A DNA stretch of 64,000 bases from a bacterium (GTDB taxonomy: Bacteria; RBG-13-61-14; DATKZS01). The position numbers were made by a program, and so were the translations under genes. The stretch lies in contig JAWOBU010000269.1 of assembly GCA_046484135.1 (NCBI GenBank), positions 401 through 64,400 on the forward strand, in the 5' to 3' direction. Positions 19,162 through 25,960 of the stretch are shown here, in pieces (positions within the stretch are counted from its first letter, which is position 1; every line of letters begins with the position of its first letter). The notes below the pieces were generated by a model. The model did not search any database. It was not told where the DNA came from and saw nothing but the letters and a program-made list of their open reading frames with translations.

Positions 19162-20285
19162 TTGTCGGGCTCTCCCGTGGTGCTTCCGGAACTTCCTGCA
19201 GGCTTTCGGGAGGGAAGCTCTTTAACTACGACCTTGCTCTTCGAGGTCAGCGCCGACTGGCCATCCACGATGACCTTATCATCCGGGGACAGGCCGGAAA
19301 CCACCTCGATGCCGTGCTCGTCAATAAGCCCCCTCTTGATTCGGACCATGTGCGCGCCGTCCCCTTTTACTACCCATACCCGATTGCCGTCCTCGGTCGC
19401 GGGCGCACGGCGGGGAATGACCATGGCCTCCGGATGGAGCTCGGTTACGATCTTCAAGCGGGCGAACATGCCCACCCGCAGACGCGGGTCCTGGTTGGGA
19501 AGGGTGACCTCGACCTGCACCGTGCCCGTCTGGGGGTCCACCCTCGGGGATATCCGGGAGACCTCGCCTTCAAAAGGAAAAGAGGAGGGATCGTCAGTAA
19601 GCGCGTCCACCCGGACCCGGACCTCCTGACCCCGCTCGAGCTCGGACACCTCCGACTCGGTTACGGTAATGGGGACCTTGAACTCGGAAAGATCGGCCAC
19701 CGTGAAAAGCTGCTCCATGGCTCCCGCCCGGTCATGAAGCTCGATCTTGCGGTTTACTACTATGCCCTTTATAGGGCTCTTGATCCGGGTCTCGGACAAG
19801 CGGAGCTCGGCCATCTCCAGGTTAGAGCGGGCGTCGTCATAGCTCCTTTTCATCTTTTCCATCTCCGACCGCGACTTCATCCCCTGCTCGTAGAGCTCCT
19901 TGGTGGAAAGATAGTCCGACCGGGCCACCCGATAGGCGCTCCGGGCCTGCTCCAGGCTGAGCCTCGCTTCATTGTCCTCAAGCCGCGCCAGTACCTGGCC
20001 CGCGCTTACCTTGTCCCCCTCTTCCGTCAGAAGCTCAACCACTTCGCCGGAAGTCTTGGCGGTGACCTCTACCTTGTCAACAGCCTCCAGGTTGCCGTGG
20101 ACCTCGATGACCTCCTCCATGGGACGGAGCTCCGGCTTGACCGCGTGAACGTAGATCGGGGCCTCTTCTATCTTCTCTTCCGACTCCGAGGGGTCCTTGC
20201 GCTGGCAGGAAAAAAGAACCAGAAAGACAGCAATAACGAAAACAACAAAGGTTAAGTACGAAAAACAAGAAAATCTTTTTATCAT
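19158..20285 (-). CDS. RND efflux periplasmic adaptor (membrane fusion protein, HlyD-like)
   Basis: 375 aa: N-terminal anchor, coiled-coil hairpin region, beta-barrel domain; directly upstream of the two RND permeases. Confidence 0.8.
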   Translation of the reverse strand: MIKRFSCFSYLTFVVFVIAVFLVLFSCQRKDPSESEEKIEEAPIYVHAVKPELRPMEEVIEVHGNLEAVDKVEVTAKTSGEVVELLTEEGDKVSAGQVLARLEDNEARLSLEQARSAYRVARSDYLSTKELYEQGMKSRSEMEKMKRSYDDARSNLEMAELRLSETRIKSPIKGIVVNRKIELHDRAGAMEQLFTVADLSEFKVPITVTESEVSELERGQEVRVRVDALTDDPSSFPFEGEVSRISPRVDPQTGTVQVEVTLPNQDPRLRVGMFARLKIVTELHPEAMVIPRRAPATEDGNRVWVVKGDGAHMVRIKRGLIDEHGIEVVSGLSPDDKVIVDGQSALTSKSKVVVKELPSRKPAGSSGSTTGEPDN

Positions 20286-20536
20286 TTTGCCGACCCTTGT
20301 CCGTAAGTGGTTCTAAAGCATTGGAACTATCCATTCCATCATCCGCCCGAGCTGACTTTTGAAAAAGTTTCCAGGATAAAGAATGTGTATGTTCGACTAG
20401 TGTAGTGTCACACTCTGTTTGATCCTTATTAATTCAGTGTAAAGGTTACGGGAGCACCTATGCGATGACAGCTTTCCCTCGCCCTTTCAATATAGACCTA
20501 TGTCCGACCGCTCTCTTGTTTCCGCCCTTTGGGCGG

Positions 20537-20574
20537 CCTGCCTGCCGCGCTACGGCGCAGGCAGGGGGTTTTTT
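20537..20574 (+). terminator. Inward-facing intrinsic terminator just inside the left end of the element
   Basis: CCTGCCTGC...GCAGGCAGG stem followed by GGGTTTTTT on the + strand; preceded by a second small hairpin CCGCCC-TTT-GGGCGG. Confidence 0.5.
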
Positions 20575-20677
20575 GAGGCATGAGGGGTCTATCATCCGAT
20601 GAGATTTATCGGGTGGGCGCAGGATGTGTTTCCTACGCCCTTCTCATCGTCTGATGAGCCCCACCGGGCTATCCCTT
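20575..20677 (+). repeat. Structured ~100-nt module (candidate ncRNA or DNA hairpin), copy 2
   Basis: Rod-like fold: 20584-20596 with 20650-20662, 20597-20604 with 20642-20649, 20615-20623 with 20632-20640. The second copy is at 1-103. Strand of function unknown. Confidence 0.5.
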
Positions 20678-20755
20678 GGCGGGTTGCTCCCCAGCAGAGC
20701 CCGCCTCCGTTTGACCCGGCAAAAACATATTAGCATCCTAACAATATCAAGGCAA

Positions 20756-21526
20756 TCACTCGGCTCCTCCCAGTTCGTCATCAATGGCAAGGTACTCGCG
20801 CACCAACGACAGGCCCATGTTAAGCGTGTAAGCGGTCTCCTCCACGCCAAGGCCTTGAAGTCGGCAGTGGCGTACGCGGTCGTATTGACCCAGGTAGCGG
20901 TCTACCGACTCAAGGCTGTGATAGGTTTCCTCCGCGATCTGGTGCGGCTCCTTGCCTTGGGCGTAACGCTTCAGGCAAATTATCCGCTTGTGGGTCAGGC
21001 CGCTGCCCATGTCGTGAAGAGTGGAGCGGCGAGGAACGATCTTGCCCGTCTTCCGTTCGTGCTCGCAAAGCAAAGAAGCTATTCCGCTGTCAGTGATATT
21101 CATCATCATGGCAAGGTCGCAATTGGACAATAACGCCCCCTGCTCGTAGGCCTGGCGGCACAAACGCAGGGCCTTTTGCAGATGCCTTTCTCGATATCCG
21201 GTCCTTTCCAAAATCAAATCGAGGTCTTCGGGTGTCACCAGATCAAGGACCACGGGAACAAGATCGCTGTCCCGGGTGAGTCGGTATTGCTTCGGCGGAT
21301 CGTTGATGGAATAGCCGAGCCAGAGAACCTGGCCGTGGCTCAAGTTCTCGCGGGAACGCACGTGATCGTCGATCACTTCAAGGACCATGTCGGCGCAAAG
21401 ATCGAGGATGCGAGCGCCACCGAGCCGAGGGAACTCCTTGCCGATCTTGTGGGCAAGCGCGGCCCGCAAGTCCTTGTCCTTGAGCGGGAGGCACTTCTTG
21501 GACACGTAATCAACCTTGCCGCCCAT
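20756..21526 (-). CDS. DUF1670-like helix-turn-helix protein (paralogue B, 256 aa)
   Basis: ATG at 21526 with AAGGAG 8 nt upstream. Motif QGALLSNCDLA...IVPRRSTLHDMGSGLTHKRII plus a second HTH-like segment. Family name is from memory only. Confidence 0.6.
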   Translation of the reverse strand: MGGKVDYVSKKCLPLKDKDLRAALAHKIGKEFPRLGGARILDLCADMVLEVIDDHVRSRENLSHGQVLWLGYSINDPPKQYRLTRDSDLVPVVLDLVTPEDLDLILERTGYRERHLQKALRLCRQAYEQGALLSNCDLAMMMNITDSGIASLLCEHERKTGKIVPRRSTLHDMGSGLTHKRIICLKRYAQGKEPHQIAEETYHSLESVDRYLGQYDRVRHCRLQGLGVEETAYTLNMGLSLVREYLAIDDELGGAE

Positions 21527-22229
21527 GGCCGACGCTCCTTGTTCTTTTTTTCCCCCGGGTCCGGCCGAGTCGCAAAAGCTCGTCAAGGTGGTAACTCATG
21601 TTCTTGTCGCCCTCGCATTCGTTCAAAAGATCGAGGTAATGCTTGATGAGGCCGGGCCCGCGCTTGAGAAGGAAGGCGATCTGACCGACCTGCATCTCCT
21701 GCCGGGCCAAGTGAGCGCACCTTGCGAACGTGGACAAATAGTTGGCCACCGCCTCCGGAGAATGGCGCATGATGCTGCAAATCTGGGTCGTGGTCTTTCC
21801 TTGAAGAGCAAGGCGGATGATCTGCACTCGATGGGTCAACACCGGCCCGATGTCATGCACCGTGCTCCGCAGAGGAAGCGGGACCCCGGGATCGGCCTGC
21901 CTGAGCCAAGAGAGGTCCCGGGTGATGGTGCGAGTAGAGACGAAAAAGATGCGATAGGCAAGGTCCTCGCGGGTCAGCAAAGCTCCCTGGCTCATCGCCT
22001 CTTGGCACAGCTTGGGAATTTTAGTTCTTCTAAACGAGGACGCTCCTTGCCGGCAAAGAAGCTCGTCGTCTTGTACACCATTATGAACGGTAAGGTGGAC
22101 CGTCCGCTTCTCGCAATCCACCACCGGCTTGCCCGCCGGCTCGTCAGCGCTGACCGCCACGAGCGTGATTTTGCCCGGATGACCGGTGGGAGCCTCACGG
22201 TCAATGAACGGTAAATACACTGACAACAT
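21510..22229 (-). CDS. DUF1670-like HTH protein (paralogue A), main frame
   Basis: Homologous to 20756-21526 from FIDREAPTGHPGKITLVAV onward. The region upstream of 22229 in this frame looks non-coding (Arg-rich). Confidence 0.5.
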   Translation of the reverse strand: MLSVYLPFIDREAPTGHPGKITLVAVSADEPAGKPVVDCEKRTVHLTVHNGVQDDELLCRQGASSFRRTKIPKLCQEAMSQGALLTREDLAYRIFFVSTRTITRDLSWLRQADPGVPLPLRSTVHDIGPVLTHRVQIIRLALQGKTTTQICSIMRHSPEAVANYLSTFARCAHLARQEMQVGQIAFLLKRGPGLIKHYLDLLNECEGDKNMSYHLDELLRLGRTRGKKRTRSVGHGRQG

Positions 22230-22356
22230 TAACAACCGCCTCCGCCTCGAAAGGCGAGCAGTTAAGCCCGTGCTGTACTTCGTTTTTGAACCTGGCATCA
22301 AGCGTCTTGCACTCCAGCCTGAGCAACTCCTCCCTGCTTTGGTTGCGTATACCCAT
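22201..22356 (-). CDS. 51-codon ORF likely encoding the N-terminus of paralogue A in a different frame
   Basis: ATG at 22356 has AAGGAGGTG 5 nt upstream. The product (..REELLRLECKTLDARF..FEAEAVVNVV) aligns with the N-terminal helices of paralogue B; overlaps the main frame by 29 nt. Confidence 0.4.
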   Translation of the reverse strand: MGIRNQSREELLRLECKTLDARFKNEVQHGLNCSPFEAEAVVNVVSVFTVH

Positions 22357-22534
22357 CGCAACACCTCCTTTCCATATGCCAATATAATGTATAAATTACC
22401 GGTGGGACATATGTCTAGAAGGGTAGGGCGGAAACAAGAGAGCGGTCGGACATATGTCTATATTGAAAGGGCGAGGGAAAGCTTAAAAGGAATTCATAAG
22501 TGCCAAACAAAGTGATACACTAGCTCCCGTCCGC

Positions 22535-22592
22535 CTCCCACCATCCAAAACCTTTATTGCCGCCTCGATAATCAGACTTTTGCAAGGGGCTC
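22535..22592 (+). repeat. 3' half of a MITE of the 55563-55693 family
   Basis: CTCCCACCATCCAAA...CCTCGATAATCAGACTTTTGCAAGGGGCTC matches the right half of the 55563-55693 element; starts 12 nt after the mobile element flank. Confidence 0.55.
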
Positions 22593-22728
22593 CTACAAAA
22601 TGGATTTTTTCACTCAAAGGCGCGAAAGCCGCAAAGAAAAAACATGACAAGATGGCGCCGCTTCGTTATTCTATTGTAAGAATCTACAAGGGACTTAAGC
22701 CGGAAAGAAAGGGAGGTGTGGAGGTCCC

Positions 22729-23001
22729 ATGAGCAAAAAGATACCTGAGTTTAAAAACGAAGAGGAAGAGCGGGAGTTCTGGTCAAAGCATGACTCCACC
22801 GAGTACGTGGATTGGGAAAAGGCTGAACGCGCAGTGCCTTCTAAGTTGAAACCCGCGTTGAAGACCATTTCGATCCGGCTGCCCCTGTCCATGATCGAGG
22901 AACTCAAGCTCCTCGCCAATAAAAAAGACGTGCCCTACCAGTCACTTTTGAAAATCTTTCTCGCGGAAAGAATCCGAGAGGAGAGGCAGTCTTCCAAGTA
23001 A
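22729..23001 (+). CDS. BrnA-like / ribbon-helix-helix antitoxin (orphan)
   Basis: 90 aa. EEREFWSKHDSTEYVDW...ISIRLPLSMIEELKLLANKKDVPYQSLLKIFL is the BrnA-type pattern; no intact toxin gene upstream. Confidence 0.6.
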   Translation: MSKKIPEFKNEEEEREFWSKHDSTEYVDWEKAERAVPSKLKPALKTISIRLPLSMIEELKLLANKKDVPYQSLLKIFLAERIREERQSSK

Positions 23002-23033
23002 CGCCTCGCCGGTTTTTGCCAAGGGTTCGTCTG

Positions 23034-23918
23034 CTACATGCTCTCTTCCGCCTCGGAGAGCTCCAGTAGCTTCAGGGTCACACTTCCGAAAAACACGTCC
23101 GCTTCCGCCTTGATAATGTGACGCGGCTTGTCCTTGGCCATCCAGACGTGGACTTCTTCGATCATGTGCATCTTCTCTTCGTCTTTCTTCTTGATCTTCT
23201 CCCACCAGTGCTTGGACTCGCGGGTGTGGTCGCTGGGCCCTTCAAAAATGCTGGTCTGAAAACGAACGCAATCATAGGTCCCGGTTTTCACTTTCACGCT
23301 TTCCTCTTTGTCCGCCTTGATGACCAAAAGGTAGCGGTCATTGCCGTCAATGACCTCGAAGCGCCGCTTCTGGCCCACCTCCCAGGGAAGGCTCCGGATC
23401 AAGAGGTAGGTGCTTACCGGGCAGTAGGCGTTGGTATAGGTGAAGTCCTTGGTGCTCTCGCCATCCTTGTCCACCTTCCGCCGGAAGGCGGTCTCTTGTT
23501 CGTGGTTGAAGTCCACCACCATGTTGTACTTGACCAGGGTCTCGTTGATGCTGACCGAGTAAGAGTCCGGCTTGAAACTCTCGGCGTTCATGCAGGAGTG
23601 GACCGAGTCGCGCGCTTTATAAAGGGCGGCTACGTGGCCGAAGATGCTGCCCTTGGCGCCCGCGCAAATCCAGCCTTCCCGCTCCGGGTGCTTCGTAACC
23701 TCCAGCTTGGCCGTAACCGCGGGAATGCCGTTCCAATACGCCCGGTAAACCGCGACCTCGCCCGGACAAACTATGTCAAAGTGCGGCTCGTAATCGGGAT
23801 AAGCAACCTTGCCCTCCGGATAAGGAGCAGGACCCAGAGCAGGCAAGGTCCCCCCTGCAACGATCACCAGAAAACAGGAAACAACACAAATCGAAGCTAC
23901 TGATAATAATTTTCTCAT
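23034..23918 (-). CDS. Secreted DUF3108-like protein
   Basis: Signal peptide, then EVAVYRAYWNGIPAVTAKLEV, resembling the DUF3108 N-terminal motif; GGAGGG RBS. Confidence 0.5.
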   Translation of the reverse strand: MRKLLSVASICVVSCFLVIVAGGTLPALGPAPYPEGKVAYPDYEPHFDIVCPGEVAVYRAYWNGIPAVTAKLEVTKHPEREGWICAGAKGSIFGHVAALYKARDSVHSCMNAESFKPDSYSVSINETLVKYNMVVDFNHEQETAFRRKVDKDGESTKDFTYTNAYCPVSTYLLIRSLPWEVGQKRRFEVIDGNDRYLLVIKADKEESVKVKTGTYDCVRFQTSIFEGPSDHTRESKHWWEKIKKKDEEKMHMIEEVHVWMAKDKPRHIIKAEADVFFGSVTLKLLELSEAEESM

Positions 23919-23982
23919 AGAACCCTCCGGGAAAAGATTATTACATGAACCGGACCACAGCTAACATCTTGTTACTTGTGAT

Positions 23983-24211
23983 CTAGTTAGTGCCTGCGAA
24001 ACTCCGTTTTAGAGTGCGAAAGCCTGCTTTCGCTTTCATAAGTCCCGGCTTGCCGGGACTAAAAAAAGGCGCTCCGTAAACTATGAGCCCTTTGTGGAGC
24101 TGATTTCCGGGAAGCAAGCTTCCCGGCAGACAAAGCGGCAGCAAGCTGCCGCAGTCCAAAGTGGCGCACCAGAGCCAGCAAAACCTCCCTTTCGCATCAG
24201 GCACTAGTTAA
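23983..24211. repeat. MITE-like cassette of four consecutive GC-rich hairpins with short terminal inverted repeats
   Basis: TAGTGCCTG..GCGAAA at the left end and its complement at the right. Internal hairpins: GCGAAAG/CTTTCGC, AGTCCCGG/CCGGGACT, CCGGGAAGC/GCTTCCCGG, GCGGCAGC/GCTGCCGC. Confidence 0.5.
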
Positions 24212-24267
24212 TACCCCCAACAGGGCCGATGGGAAAGACACCTCTCGGAGTGATTAGCCGGGGGACT

Positions 24268-24609
24268 TCAAGTTAAAGGCTTTCCCTGTGCGTCCACCGA
24301 TATCGTGCAGATCTCTACTATCACCCAGATGAATACCCCTACCAACGGCAGAACCAGCCAACCGGCAAAGATAGTTATCAAAAGTTGAGCCAAGCCTCTA
24401 CCCGTGTATCCGGCGTAGAAGTTGTGGACACCAAGTGCTCCCAGGAAAAGGCCGAGCAAGATATACCCCACCCTGCTTTTCGAGGGACTCGCCGGCTGGT
24501 ACACGTTAGTCTGCATGGCGAGGTTGGGAAATCTGTTGGTGGAGGCACCGCAGTGCGGGCACATAACTGCGTTATCAGCTAACTGTTGTCCGCAATTCTG
24601 ACAAAACAT
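24268..24609 (-). CDS. TM2-domain membrane protein with an N-terminal zinc-ribbon
   Basis: CQNCG...CPHCG ribbon, then LGLFLGALGVHNFYAGYTGRGLAQLL (TM2 pattern); GGGAGGGAG RBS. Confidence 0.7.
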   Translation of the reverse strand: MFCQNCGQQLADNAVMCPHCGASTNRFPNLAMQTNVYQPASPSKSRVGYILLGLFLGALGVHNFYAGYTGRGLAQLLITIFAGWLVLPLVGVFIWVIVEICTISVDAQGKPLT

Positions 24610-24652
24610 GATCGGATTCTCCCTCCCTTACACTGGATAATCACTTTTAATT

Positions 24653-25960
24653 TCAATGTGAGCTCTTCATAAGATCATTATCCCACAGGTCTTCGATCAT
24701 GGCCAGCCGGTTGATCTGGTTGGTCCCTTCATAAATCTGGGTAAGCCGGGCGTCGCGCAAGGTTTTCTCCACGTTGTTTACCTGAAGATATGCGTGGTCC
24801 CCCATGAGCTCCATGACCCGCTCGCAGACCTCGACCGCGGTGTCGGAGCAGTAAGACTTGCACGCCGCGGAGGTCATCTGCATGGGCGGCATGAACCGGC
24901 AGACGGTATACCAGGCCATTGACCGGGAGGCTATCAGCTTGGCCAGCATGGAGGCCAGCTCGAGCTGGACCTCCTGGTACTCGATCAGTCTCTTGTTGCC
25001 CTGCTTTGTATTTCTGCAGAAATCCACGCAGCTCTCGAAAGCACCACGCGCGATCCCCAGCGCAATCGCGCCCACCGCCGGACGCGAGGTGTTCAGCACG
25101 TTCCGGTTTATGGCCCACCCCGCGCGCTCCGGGCCCACACGGTTCCTCTCCGGAACGAATACGTCCTCCAGGATAAGCTCGGTGGCGTCTCCTCCCTTCT
25201 GGCCCATCTTCTTCTCCTGCCGGCCCAGTGAAAACCCCTTCATCCCTTTCTCGATCACAAAGCACGTCCAGCTCTCCGCCCCTTCGTCCTCCAGGCAGGA
25301 GAACAAGGTAACGTAATCAGCGATGCCCCCGTCCGAGATAAACACCTTGCGGCCGTTTATGACATAACCCCCGGAGACGCGCCTCGCCCGGGTCACCAGC
25401 CGCGCTCTTACCGCGCCCTCGGTGTCCTCTACGTCCGAGCCTGCGCCCGGCTCGGTTATGGCAAAGGCCACCACGCACTTCTCGCCGCGGTTCAATCGCC
25501 GGTAGATGGGCACCAGCCAGCGGAAGAAGGCCTTCGTGTCCGCACCCACCAGGAGAGGCGCCACCCCCAGGTCGTGGGCCAAAAGCATGAGCCCGATCCC
25601 TCCGCAGGCCGCGCAAAGCTCTTCCACCTTTAACACCAGGCTGAAGCCCCAGTTTCGAATGCAGGCCATCTTCATCCTGCCCACCGGCGGCGGCAGCATC
25701 TCCGAGGCCCATCCCCGCCGGGCGTACTCCCGGAAGAGCCATTCTCGGTCCAAGGACGCCGGGTCCTGGTCAACCGCGAGCGCCCGCGGCCGGATGTACT
25801 GGTCGGCAAACTCCTTGTACTGCCTGCGCAGCCGTCGCAGGGTCCACGGCAGGGTCCGGGTCTCGTCCTCCCAGAAGTCGCCGTAATGCTTGCGCACCAG
25901 TAGCTTGCCCAGAAACCCGAGGTGCTCTTTGGCCACGTCCATGTGGGTGGGTGGCTTCAT
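24653..25960 (-). CDS. Acyl-CoA dehydrogenase (catalytic-type subunit, 435 aa)
   Basis: AFAITEPGAGSD and a C-terminal RDARLTQIYEGTNQI with the canonical catalytic Glu. Start ATG at 25960 overlaps the upstream stop (TGATG). Confidence 0.8.
   Translation of the reverse strand: MKPPTHMDVAKEHLGFLGKLLVRKHYGDFWEDETRTLPWTLRRLRRQYKEFADQYIRPRALAVDQDPASLDREWLFREYARRGWASEMLPPPVGRMKMACIRNWGFSLVLKVEELCAACGGIGLMLLAHDLGVAPLLVGADTKAFFRWLVPIYRRLNRGEKCVVAFAITEPGAGSDVEDTEGAVRARLVTRARRVSGGYVINGRKVFISDGGIADYVTLFSCLEDEGAESWTCFVIEKGMKGFSLGRQEKKMGQKGGDATELILEDVFVPERNRVGPERAGWAINRNVLNTSRPAVGAIALGIARGAFESCVDFCRNTKQGNKRLIEYQEVQLELASMLAKLIASRSMAWYTVCRFMPPMQMTSAACKSYCSDTAVEVCERVMELMGDHAYLQVNNVEKTLRDARLTQIYEGTNQINRLAMIEDLWDNDLMKSSH

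Larger units (their letters stand above)
20401..22519 (-). mobile_element. TIR-bounded ~2.1-kb element encoding two paralogous DUF1670-like HTH proteins; no recognisable transposase
   Basis: Imperfect terminal inverted repeats (20401-20528 vs 22425-22519) with a 59-nt core differing at 1 nt; CTAG on both flanks (20397-20400, 22520-22523). Confidence 0.6.

Noticed and set aside
20286-20400. Possible diverged left half of the 55563-type MITE (GAGCTGACTTTTGAAAAAG at 20350-20368), which would imply the 2.1-kb element inserted into a MITE
   Set aside because: Similarity to the MITE TIR is limited to a few spaced bases, and the junction core is absent on this side. The idea is not supportable from this window alone.
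20650-20680. CUGAUGAG sequence (also at 16-40 on the other strand), suggestive of a hammerhead ribozyme core
   Set aside because: No matching GAAA/CGAAAC element, cleavage-site triplet or three-stem junction could be drawn. The CUGAUGAG is simply one strand of the long rod-like helix (it pairs with UCAUC...GGGG upstream).
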